Shown here: in pieces, positions 46,992 through 55,350 of the stretch | Numbering within the stretch: the first letter of the stretch is position 1 | Layout: each line of letters opens with the position of its first letter | Program-made: the position numbers and the translations under genes | Assembly: GCA_038801785.1 (NCBI GenBank) | Contig: JAULTD010000003.1 | Span: 218,021 to 282,020 of the forward strand | Length of the DNA stretch: 64,000 nt | Source of the DNA: Candidatus Methanomethylicaceae archaeon GD_Cm_T35_P0_bin.15 | GTDB lineage: Archaea > Thermoproteota > Methanomethylicia > Methanomethylicales > Methanomethylicaceae | Reading direction: 5' to 3' | The notes under the pieces: model-generated | The model's input: only the letters and a program-made list of their open reading frames with translations | What the model was told of the DNA's origin: nothing | Databases searched by the model: none

Positions 46992-48161
46992 TCACGCCGT
47001 TGCCAGAATCGACGGGCCCTTCTTTATTGCCACGAGGGAGTCCTCTTCCCATATGAATTCGAGCCGCTGACGGTCTTCGTGCAGGCCTTTCTGGATCACT
47101 GCTCCGAATATGATGGGCAGGATTATCGTCGCTTCACCGTATACAGTCGACCTGACCGCAACTGAAGAGACCTTGCCCCACGACTTTGCCTCGTCCAAGG
47201 TGCTCCCGGACAGGCCACCCCAGTGCGGCGAGTCGGCAGTTATCTGGAAGATGTACGAATGGCCTTTGGTATAGTCGAACATCACCGCCGCGTCGTTGAT
47301 GTAATTCTTCGGCACGCCGCCACCGACATATATGGCACCGGTCTTACTTGACTTCAGCACGATCTGCCCGATCTCGAAGTTATCCTTTATCGTATCGATC
47401 ATGATCGGCGTGGCGTCTCCTGACCGCGCGTTTCGATAATGTTGGGCTATGCCTATCCCTATCGAGCTGTCGGCTATCGCGGGGCAGAAGACGGGCACAT
47501 CGTGGCAGAATGCCGAGCGGAGTATGGAATCATTGTCACTCAAGGTTCCCCCGAGCAGGTGCAAGAACTCCCGCGTAGAGTACCGCTTAGCCTCTAGCGA
47601 ATCGCAGAAGGCGGCTATGGAATCGTCGCACTTGACGAAGCCGACCTCGTCTACGTATGTGTTGTATATCCTGTTGATGTAGATGTCGTGCAGCTTTGCG
47701 TCATCTGAGGTGGGATCCCCCTGATAGTGGTCGTATCCCATCGCAGCATAGTAGTCTTGGTAAAGGATAGCGCCTGTAGAGACGACCACATCCACTATCC
47801 CGGTGGTGATCATATCACGGATAACCTTTCGTAGCCCGCCTGCGATGAGGGCGCCGGATAGACCCAGCATTATGGTGGGTCTGCTCTTGTCGGTGAGCAT
47901 ATTCTCGTAAACTTTGAAGCATTCCGCCAAGCTCCGCGACTGGATCCCGCAGTGGCTCCAAGCATCTACGAGGTCGCCGATTGTGTGTACCTGTGCAAAA
48001 TCTACCGGGCGTATCTTATCGTGCAGGAGGCTAGACCGCCTTTTTTCATCCAAGCCATGCTTGACCTTGAATTTGTGTATACATTTTTTCTTGTTACCGA
48101 TCTTGTTACCGATTTCCACATCTTCCCACCTCTTGCAAAGCATCAGGGAGTATGAACGCAC
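46992..48161 (-). CDS. dys: Deoxyhypusine synthase homolog carried inside the element (start uncertain)
   Basis: DHS motifs: TIMLGLSGALIAGGLRKVIRDMI, VDVVVSTGA, INRIYNTYV, and GGGVPKN (catalytic Lys region). Confidence 0.8.
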   Translation of the reverse strand: MRSYSLMLCKRWEDVEIGNKIGNKKKCIHKFKVKHGLDEKRRSSLLHDKIRPVDFAQVHTIGDLVDAWSHCGIQSRSLAECFKVYENMLTDKSRPTIMLGLSGALIAGGLRKVIRDMITTGIVDVVVSTGAILYQDYYAAMGYDHYQGDPTSDDAKLHDIYINRIYNTYVDEVGFVKCDDSIAAFCDSLEAKRYSTREFLHLLGGTLSDNDSILRSAFCHDVPVFCPAIADSSIGIGIAQHYRNARSGDATPIMIDTIKDNFEIGQIVLKSSKTGAIYVGGGVPKNYINDAAVMFDYTKGHSYIFQITADSPHWGGLSGSTLDEAKSWGKVSSVAVRSTVYGEATIILPIIFGAVIQKGLHEDRQRLEFIWEEDSLVAIKKGPSILATA

Positions 48162-48392
48162 GGGGCCGTCAGGTCGGATTGTTGTAGATAAAAGTGGTGA
48201 CCGCGGGCGATATCAGGCGATTTGGTGCCTGGGAAGCACAGTAACGCGCGTTAAAGTGAGGCGAATGCAGTGCGTTCTTTCCTAACGCTGTATTTTTGGT
48301 ATTTTGAACCTGCATATATAAGTTGCCTTCGACGATTGACGCAGCCTCCTCTTTGCGAGCGATGCGCCAAGGATCCCTAAACATGATGACGA

Positions 48393-49013
48393 TCAGTTCT
48401 TGTCTTTAACTACACAGAACTGATCTGATGATACGCAGAGAGGAGCTTTCCGGTATGTATTGACCATCTTGGAGCGGTCGCTCCCAGCGAGTTCGAACTT
48501 ATCGCTCATTGTAATCGCCTTCTTTGGGCAGATGTCCGCGCACTCCCTCTTGAGGACGAGGGAGCCAAGGACTTTGGCCGCCGCCTCCTGGTGCTCCTTG
48601 CCGGTGAGGACTATCCCATCGAACACTGTGACGGGGAGGGGCCTCTCGAACTTGAGCTTGTCCCTCAGGAGGGCGGGTATGTCGGAAAGCCACTGGACGT
48701 ACCGGTTGACTATGAAGATGTTGTAGCTCTTCGTGGAGCGGTCCAGCCACCCGACAGAGAAGTTGAGCCACTTCGGGGCTATCACGTACCACTCGTCAGC
48801 GCGGCGGGGGATTATGACGTAGGGCTCTTTGAGAAAGTCCTCCAGGAGGGCCGGGTCGACGTCCGATATCTTCAGGGCATCGAGCCTGGCGTCCATCTCG
48901 CTGCGGACATGCGACTGGAGCTCTTCTATGCGCTGCTTGGCCTCCTCGAGCTCGGCGAAGGTCTTAGAGACCGACTCCCTTAGGGAGGACAGGTCTAGGT
49001 TGGCGCTGGTCAT
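48393..49013 (-). CDS. Chimeric ORF: unknown coiled-coil N-terminal part fused to the 3' fragment of a NuoI/MbhN-like ferredoxin gene
   Basis: The last ~50 aa (ECADICPKKAITMSDKFELAGSDRSKMV...) parallel the C-terminus of the 63135-63536 protein (ECADICPKKVITMSDRFELAGDDRSKMV...). Similarity stops abruptly at nt 48545/48546. Confidence 0.6.
   Translation of the reverse strand: MTSANLDLSSLRESVSKTFAELEEAKQRIEELQSHVRSEMDARLDALKISDVDPALLEDFLKEPYVIIPRRADEWYVIAPKWLNFSVGWLDRSTKSYNIFIVNRYVQWLSDIPALLRDKLKFERPLPVTVFDGIVLTGKEHQEAAAKVLGSLVLKRECADICPKKAITMSDKFELAGSDRSKMVNTYRKAPLCVSSDQFCVVKDKN
48462..48545 (-). repeat. 84-nt segment homologous to 63195-63278
   Basis: Hand alignment gives 73 of 84 positions identical with no gaps. 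Weaker protein-level similarity continues to both stop codons. Confidence 0.85.
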
Positions 49014-49141
49014 CCGTGGACCTCCCTGCGGACCTTCCTCACTACGCCGGGGTACTCCTGGTCGATGGCGCGCCGCAGCTCTGAGGCCGCCTCCCTCGTG
49101 GCGGGCTGGAGCGGGTCTTTCAGGGTCGGATGTGAAGGCAT
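49010..49141 (-). CDS. Small hypothetical ORF (43 aa), translationally coupled to 48393-49013
   Basis: MPSHPTLKDPLQPATREAASELRRAIDQEYPGVVRKVRREVHG. Its TGA overlaps the downstream ATG (ATGA). Below the track cutoff. Confidence 0.3.
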   Translation of the reverse strand: MPSHPTLKDPLQPATREAASELRRAIDQEYPGVVRKVRREVHG

Positions 49142-49222
49142 AGCGCTTCCCGTTCCTGTCTGTAAGCGGGAGGGTAAAAGGACTCGGGGATGGTCGTTAC
49201 TGCGGGAGGGCAGGGCGAAAAT

Positions 49223-49236
49223 ATGAGTGCACTCAT
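49223..49236. promoter_or_regulatory. Perfect 14-bp palindrome ATGAGTGCACTCAT (candidate operator of the int(N)/divergent promoter region)
   Basis: Lies in the 163-bp divergent intergenic region, about 70 nt upstream of ATG 49305. Confidence 0.4.
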
Positions 49237-49304
49237 CAATATTTACCCCAGTAAACCACCGATAACCTCTTCCGTCTCTTCTGACATACGGTAGCCGAGC
49301 ACTT

Positions 49305-49535
49305 ATGCCCAGGAAAGGCTACACCACGATTACTGTACCATCAGACCTCTACGAGCGCATCAGGGCGATGGCAGAGGATGAAAGTAGTTCAATAGCCGAC
49401 TGCCTGAGGATGGTTTTTGATGAACCTTTTTCCAAAAAGGTTCGTTTCGTAAACCGTTGGTCAGGGGTTCAAACCCCCTCTGGGGCTCCACCAACCTCAG
49501 CTATTTTCCGAGCCCGCACAGCTCCTCCCGCATAG
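49305..49535 (+). CDS. Integrase N-terminal fragment int(N) with ribbon-helix-helix-like fold; reads through attR
   Basis: MPRKGYTTITVPSDLYERIRAMAEDESSSIADCLRMVF shows an RHH-like strand-helix-helix pattern. From codon 47 the ORF is encoded by the att core and then host flank. Confidence 0.65.
   Translation: MPRKGYTTITVPSDLYERIRAMAEDESSSIADCLRMVFDEPFSKKVRFVNRWSGVQTPSGAPPTSAIFRARTAPPA
49444..49490 (+). repeat. attR (47-bp direct repeat)
   Basis: Identical to 39607-39653. The flanks diverge immediately upstream, and downstream after CCA. Confidence 0.9.
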
Positions 49536-49564
49536 GCGGTTAGTCCGGGTAACGGGGATCGCAG

Positions 49565-52468
49565 TCATAGGGGGCGGTTCGAGAGGATCCCGCCCACGAC
49601 CTTCAGGAGCTTATCGGCGGTGAACGGCTTGGTTATGAAGGCGTTGGCTTGGTTCATCATGGGCTTGTATTTGCCGTTGTCCGCCAGCCCGCTCATGACT
49701 ATAATCCGGATCCCGGGATCGATTTTCTTGAGTGCTCTGATGGTCGCTTCGCCGCCCATTATGGGCATCGCGACGTCCAAGAGGACCGCCGCAATTTTGT
49801 TTCTGTTCGAGGTGTATACGGCGACGGCTTCGGCACCGTCGTTTGCGCTGAGCGTCCTGTAGCCGTTGTTCTCAAGAGCCATTGTGGCAGTAATCCTGAT
49901 GAGCTCCTCGTCGTCCACGACGAGTATGGTCTGGCCGCTGCCCTTGGGGAAGTCCGGGCTCCGATCCTCGGACTCTTTTCTTTGGGAGTCTGCTGGAGGC
50001 AGGTAAATCTTGAAGGTGGCGCCCTTCCCAGGCTCGCTGTATACGTTTATGAAGCCGCCGTGGCTCTTGACTATCGATCTAGACGTCGAGAGGCCCAGGC
50101 CTGTCCCTTCGCCGAGCTTCTTGGTTGTGAAGAACGGCTCGAAGAGCCTCTCCTTCACCTCGGGGGGGATGCCGAAGCCAGTGTCCGTTACAGCAATGGA
50201 CACATAGGGCCCTGCCTTGGCCTCGATATGCGTCCTCGCATAGCATTCGTCTATGAAGACGTTCTCTGCCGTGATCGTGAGGCTCCCCCCGCTGGGCATG
50301 GCGTCCCGCGCGTTCAGGCACATGTTAATCAGCACCTGGTGGAGCTGGGTGCTGTCCCCCAGAACCGCCCGGGTGTCGGGGTCTATCTCGGTGTGTATCA
50401 TGATGGACCTTGGGAAGGTCTCCTCGATGGTCTTCACCACCTCGTTTACAAGGGTGGGAACCTGTATCGGCAGCCTCACCCCCTCCACGCCCCGCGCGAA
50501 GGTCAGCATCTGTTTTGTCAGGTCTGCCCCCCGTTTGGCCTCCTTTAGGAGCATAGAGATCATCTTGTGGTCCTCCTCCTTGGTGAGGTTCTGATCCAGG
50601 AGGCTCAGGGTAAGCATTATCGGGGTCAGTATGTTGTTTATGTCGTGGGCGATCCCTCCCGCGAGCGTACCGAGGCTCTCAAGCCGCTGCGCCCTGAGGA
50701 ATTGCGCCTGGAGGTTCTTCTTCTCAGTTATGTCCGTGTTTATGTCCATTATCAGCTTTGGTTTTTTGTTTGCGTCGGAGACCAGCGTCCAGTGGCTGTC
50801 CACGATGACCTCCCGGCCGTCTTTGGTCTTATGCTTCAGCTCGCCTGACCACTCTCCCTTTTCCATGAGGATGGCCAAGGCTTCAGAGAACTGTGGCGAG
50901 TCGTTGTACAGGAGCTCCCGCATGTTCTTGTTCATGACCTCCTCGGCTTTCCACCCGTAGAGCCTCTCTGCCCCGCTGTTCCAGTAGGTTATGTTGTTGT
51001 TGAGGTCGCGGACAGTGATCGCGTCGTGTGCCTGGTTCAGCAGCTCGGCCTGTTCCCTGATCCTCTCCTCGGCGAGCTTCCGCTCCGTGACGTCCCTGGC
51101 GGCGGCGAATACCCCCTGGATCTCGTCCTTCTCGTTCCGGTATACCGTGGCGTTGTAGAGCACGTCTGTGATCCGCCCGCCCTTATGCCGGATGGCGAGC
51201 GGATAGTCCCGGACGAGGCCCTTGGTGAAGACCTGCTTGTAGCCTTCCCTCGCCTTCTCTGGCTCCGTGAAGTAGTCGCAAAAGTCGCTGCCTATCAATT
51301 TCTCACGGGGCAGCCCTGTCACAAGCTCTGTCGCTTTGTTGACGTCGGTGATCTTCCCCTCAGAGTTGATTGTGACCAATGGATCGAGGCTCGCCTCGAT
51401 GAGGTTCCTTGCGTAGAGAGAGGCGCTCCTAAGGGTCTCGCTCTTGAGCAGCGCCCGCTCCGCCTTCTTGCGCGCGGTTATGTCGCGGAAGACGACCACC
51501 ACGCCGGTGATCTCGCCGTTCTCGTCCTTTATAGGCGCCCCGCTGTCGTCTATAATTATCTGCCTCCCATCCCTCCGCACTAGGACGGTATGGTTTGCCA
51601 AGCCAACAATGGACCCTTTTTTAAGGACCTTGGCCACCGGGTCCTCGACTTTCCGACGGGTTTTCTCATCGACGATCTCAAATACTTCCGCCACCGGTCT
51701 CTGGAGGGACTCTTGCAGGCTCCATCCTGTCAGCTCCTCTGCCACGGCATTCATGAACGTTATCCTGCCTTCAAGATCAGTGGCAATAACGGCGTCGCCG
51801 ATGCTTGAGAGCGTTGTGGCCCAGCGCCGTTCGCTCTCGGCTAGCTTCCGTTCCTCCCGCTTCCGCTGGCTGGCGTCCTCGACCATGACCCACTTCTCGC
51901 CCTGCTTGATCAGGGTTCCAACGTGATTACGGACGACGTCCATAACGTCGGTGCCGCTGCATTTTGGCAGGCAGTAGGTGCATAGCGCGATTATGCGGTG
52001 TTTGCCGATGACCGCGTTTATCATTGCCTCATAGTCCACAAAGCTGTTCCATAATTTCCGCTCGACCCAGAAGGTGTTCCCTGTCAGCCGCAGCCCCTCG
52101 AAGCCGTTCTCCAGAGCTGAAGCCTCCCCTTCCTCCCAGCCCCGCAGGACGCGGTCGCAGTCGAACCTGCCTTCCTTCAGGTACCAGTCATTGAAGGAGA
52201 CTACCTCGATCTGCCCTTTCTGAAGGCACCTGTCCAGGTCGGGCACCGCTCTTCTCAGCGCTTCTTTCGCCTCCGCGACGTCCAGGGGCGGGGACGTGAC
52301 CCACATGCAGAACTCGTTGCTGCGCAGCCCCTCCGCAAAGTACGGGACGAGGATGTCGATCAGGTCCTGCTTTGTGTCGTAGAACTGGCAGAGGTGTGTT
52401 CCCCAAGGGATGGCCCCGACTAATTCTATTCCGAACTTCCGGGGAGCGCTTTGTGACGGTTGTAACAT
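49565..52468 (-). CDS. Hybrid sensor histidine kinase (MEDS - multiple PAS - HisKA - HATPase - REC)
   Basis: N-terminal MEDS pattern (HLCQFYDTKQDLIDILVPYFAEGL), at least three PAS repeats, H-box GIAHDINN, ATPase G-boxes, and a C-terminal receiver (ILVVDDEE...LLDVAMP). Confidence 0.88.
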   Translation of the reverse strand: MLQPSQSAPRKFGIELVGAIPWGTHLCQFYDTKQDLIDILVPYFAEGLRSNEFCMWVTSPPLDVAEAKEALRRAVPDLDRCLQKGQIEVVSFNDWYLKEGRFDCDRVLRGWEEGEASALENGFEGLRLTGNTFWVERKLWNSFVDYEAMINAVIGKHRIIALCTYCLPKCSGTDVMDVVRNHVGTLIKQGEKWVMVEDASQRKREERKLAESERRWATTLSSIGDAVIATDLEGRITFMNAVAEELTGWSLQESLQRPVAEVFEIVDEKTRRKVEDPVAKVLKKGSIVGLANHTVLVRRDGRQIIIDDSGAPIKDENGEITGVVVVFRDITARKKAERALLKSETLRSASLYARNLIEASLDPLVTINSEGKITDVNKATELVTGLPREKLIGSDFCDYFTEPEKAREGYKQVFTKGLVRDYPLAIRHKGGRITDVLYNATVYRNEKDEIQGVFAAARDVTERKLAEERIREQAELLNQAHDAITVRDLNNNITYWNSGAERLYGWKAEEVMNKNMRELLYNDSPQFSEALAILMEKGEWSGELKHKTKDGREVIVDSHWTLVSDANKKPKLIMDINTDITEKKNLQAQFLRAQRLESLGTLAGGIAHDINNILTPIMLTLSLLDQNLTKEEDHKMISMLLKEAKRGADLTKQMLTFARGVEGVRLPIQVPTLVNEVVKTIEETFPRSIMIHTEIDPDTRAVLGDSTQLHQVLINMCLNARDAMPSGGSLTITAENVFIDECYARTHIEAKAGPYVSIAVTDTGFGIPPEVKERLFEPFFTTKKLGEGTGLGLSTSRSIVKSHGGFINVYSEPGKGATFKIYLPPADSQRKESEDRSPDFPKGSGQTILVVDDEELIRITATMALENNGYRTLSANDGAEAVAVYTSNRNKIAAVLLDVAMPIMGGEATIRALKKIDPGIRIIVMSGLADNGKYKPMMNQANAFITKPFTADKLLKVVGGILSNRPL

Positions 52469-52728
52469 CGTTGCGCCTTCTTAATTGTCCTTGAAGGATT
52501 GGTCTATCATTACTCATGTTCTTCCATAAAAACCTTTACAGATTCTAAACTAAAAGATGGGGGAGGGATTGAGACCCGGCCAGGGCGGGGAGGCGGCAGA
52601 ATAATTCCTGCGCAGACGCAGCTGAGCGTTTGTCTGTGACTTGGCTCTTGTAGTCCAGCAGGCTTTGGACGAGGACGCCCTTGGGAGGTTTTTAAAGGGC
52701 TTTAGCCAATAGTAGGGTTAGGGTAACG

Positions 52729-53237
52729 GTGATGGAGTTGGTAGAGCGCAGACTCGTCGCGCAGGAGAGAGGACTGGCGGGGTTGAACAGATCCTTCAAG
52801 AAGATACTGGCCGAGGCATCGCTGGGAGGATCGCGGTTGGCCTATGTCGGAACCCCCTCGGTCTGCCTCCCCGTAGCTGAACTGCTGGCCTATGCCGTGA
52901 GGGAGCTCAATCTCCGTCAGTGCTTCATCCCCAACGCCAGAAGCGAGATGGCAAGGGAGCTGGTGTTCTCTGAGAACTACGGCTTCCAGCTCGGGGAGAG
53001 GAGCCCGCAGGAAAAATCCAAGGCGGTGGTTGTGCTCGGCGGCTTGGCAATGCCCAGCTACGCCGTGAAGCCGGAGGAGGTGGCTGAGCTTATCACCGGG
53101 ATACTTGGGGAGGGGGGCTCGTAATCGGCATCGCGTTCATGAGCATGTTCGACAAGGCGGGCTGGACGGAGAAGCTGAGGTTCGACTTCCTTATCGATGC
53201 CACTATCGACCCGGTAAAGGTCGAGGCGTTCTCTTGA
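52729..53237 (+). pseudogene. Small conserved-looking hypothetical gene interrupted by a frameshift at a G6 run
   Basis: The frame-1 ORF ends at TAA 53122-53124, just after GGGGGG (53112-53117). The -1 frame continues with plausible sequence LVIGIAFMSMFDKAGWTEKLRFDFLIDATIDPVKVEAFS to TGA 53235-53237. Confidence 0.5.
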
Positions 53238-53657
53238 GCGGATGCATTCGGCGGCATGGAGTGCGGACTGGGCGAACCGTCAGCATCGTGCCATGACGGG
53301 CAGATCCGTGCACTGACGGTCAGGTCCGGCGCTTGCATCCGAAGGCCCTTGACCATTCCTTTAGGGCATGTTCATCATTAGCTGAGAAGCCCAGCATTTG
53401 CCGCAGCTCATGCGAGACGCCATTTTTATTCATAGATGCTCTCCTTTTTTAGGACGTGTCGATACCATTTCGTATTTGCAGGGAAGCGGTTGCATAACAC
53501 GCTTGATTCGTATACAGATATAACATTTTTGCATTGCCCACCGCTGGAGTGGGTTGTTGCCGGAGGGGACTGGCAGCATCTGCGCACCGTGGAAGGGGGT
53601 CCTGGGAGATCGACAGGTTATTCTTCTATCTAAGCAAGATAATATCAGGTAACCGGG

Positions 53658-55109
53658 ATGGGGATACTCTTCAGGCGCATAAAGTCTGAGGGGCTCGCAC
53701 ACAACTCTTACTTTGTGGCATCCGGCGAGGAGGCGATCCTCATAGATCCCCGCAGAGATTGCGACGTCTACATGGATCTGGCACAGCAGGAGGGGGTAAG
53801 GATCGCGCGCATACTGGAGACCCACAGGAATGAGGATTATGTCGCAGGGTCGCGGGAGGTAGCCGATCGGACGGGCGCGGAGATCCTCCACGGCCGGGGG
53901 GAGGGCTTCGAGTTCGGCTATGGCAGGACGGTGGAGGACGGGGAGGAGTTCGAGTTCGGGAGCGCCAGGGTCCGGGCGATCCACACCCCGGGCCACACGG
54001 GGGAGAGCATGTCGTATGCGCTGTACGATCTCGACCGCGGGGGCGGGGAGGGAGGGGGAGGAGGTGGCGGAGGGGCGGACCAGCCCGTTATGGTCTTCAC
54101 CGGCGACGCTCTGTTCATCGGTGATGTCGGGCGCACGGATCTCTACGGAAAGGAGCTGGCGCAGAGGATGGCGGCAGACCTCTACAGGAGCATCTTCGAG
54201 AGGATACTGCCGCTCGGCGATGGCGTCATCCTGTGCCCGGCACATGGTGCGGGTTCTGTCTGCGGCGGCGATATAAGCGAGAGGGATGAGAGCACTCTCG
54301 GGCTAGAACGAGTCCGTAACCCGGCCCTCCGGATGGGCAGGGAAGAGTTCATCAGGTTCAAGTCGGAGGAGGGGCTCGAGGGGCAGCCCTACTTCAGGCG
54401 TATGGCGGATCTCAACCTGAAGCCTCCAGTGCTGGGCTCCCTGCCGATCCCAAAGCCGCTCTCGCCGGGCGAGTTCAGGAGGTCGGCTGAGGCGGGGGCG
54501 GTCATCCTGGATACTAGGCAGCCAGCAGCGTTTGGCGCCCATATACCCAAGAGCTACAGTGTCCGGCTGGATCGGATCCCCGTCTTCGCCGGGTGGGTGC
54601 TGCCTTACGACCGGCTGATCCTATTAGTGTTGGAGAGGGAGGGCGACGCGGTCGCGGCGGCGAGGTGCCTCATCAGGCAGGGGTATGACAACGTTGGGGG
54701 CTACCTGAGGGGCGGGATCGAGGAGTGGTACAACGAAGGCCTGCCACTGGCGCACCTCGGACTGCTCTCGGCGCAGGAGCTGAAGGATGGACTTGATGAG
54801 GGGAGGGACCTGCTCGTGCTCGATGTGAGGGAGAAGAGGGAGTGGGACGAGGGGCACATCGCCGGGGCCAGGAGGATCTATGTCGGCCACCTGAAAGAGC
54901 GCCTGGGCGAGGTCCCCAGGGGAAGGGAGATCGTGGTGATCTGCAGCTCCGGCAATAGGTCGACCGTGGCAGCGAGCCTCCTCCTCCGGGAAGGCTTCAG
55001 GGCATCAAGCGTCCTAGGCGGCATGAACTCGTGGAGGGCGGCGGGTTTCCAGGTTGGCGGGGGAAAGGTGAAGGCGGAGGGGGGAAGGTATGCTTTTAAC
55101 CCGCTCTGA
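53658..55109 (+). CDS. MBL-fold hydrolase fused to two rhodanese domains (persulfide dioxygenase-like)
   Basis: ETHRNEDY/HTPGHT metal motifs, then two rhodanese-like modules (last with ICSSGNRS). Contains a GGGEGGGGGGGGADQ insertion. Confidence 0.8.
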   Translation: MGILFRRIKSEGLAHNSYFVASGEEAILIDPRRDCDVYMDLAQQEGVRIARILETHRNEDYVAGSREVADRTGAEILHGRGEGFEFGYGRTVEDGEEFEFGSARVRAIHTPGHTGESMSYALYDLDRGGGEGGGGGGGGADQPVMVFTGDALFIGDVGRTDLYGKELAQRMAADLYRSIFERILPLGDGVILCPAHGAGSVCGGDISERDESTLGLERVRNPALRMGREEFIRFKSEEGLEGQPYFRRMADLNLKPPVLGSLPIPKPLSPGEFRRSAEAGAVILDTRQPAAFGAHIPKSYSVRLDRIPVFAGWVLPYDRLILLVLEREGDAVAAARCLIRQGYDNVGGYLRGGIEEWYNEGLPLAHLGLLSAQELKDGLDEGRDLLVLDVREKREWDEGHIAGARRIYVGHLKERLGEVPRGREIVVICSSGNRSTVAASLLLREGFRASSVLGGMNSWRAAGFQVGGGKVKAEGGRYAFNPL

Positions 55110-55350
55110 TGATCGTATAATGCCGGACAGTTGAGTTTTTTGGTCGGGGGCACCACACCTGGCTAACCCAGTCCTGAAACAGTCCATCCGGATCGAAGGG
55201 ATCGGCATTGAGATCTGGCTCGCCCCTCAGCCCGGCAGGATCCCGGCAGTCCCCCTAATAATCAAGTTCCTGCCTGCAGGCGAGACCCCCTACGCCCTGA
55301 TCCTCCCCCTCGAGTACGTCCTCACAATAAAGGACCGCAGCGGCCTGGAC

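Larger units (their letters stand above)
39607..49490. mobile_element. Integrated element (~9.9 kb) in tRNA-Thr(CGU), SSV-type with split integrase
   Basis: Perfect 47-bp direct repeats. Tyrosine recombinase catalytic ORF abuts attL, and the N-terminal ORF reads into attR in the matching frame. Central cargo has visibly lower G+C. Confidence 0.85.

Noticed and set aside
49305-49535. Stand-alone CopG/RHH antitoxin or repressor gene
   Set aside because: Its C-terminal 30 aa are encoded by the att core and host flank. It is exactly in frame with int(C) across the att site. The split-integrase interpretation explains both facts better, although RHH-type DNA binding may still apply.
53430-54245. 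271-aa minus-strand ORF antisense to the MBL-rhodanese gene
   Set aside because: The composition is R/P/A-rich, as expected for the antisense frame of a high-G+C gene. The plus-strand frame has clear MBL and rhodanese motifs. I treated it as a shadow ORF.
55103-55178. C/D-box sRNA (TGATGA at 55106-55111, CTGA at 55174-55177)
   Set aside because: No D' or C' boxes at the expected spacing and no terminal complementarity. The TGATGA simply contains the stop codon of the preceding gene.
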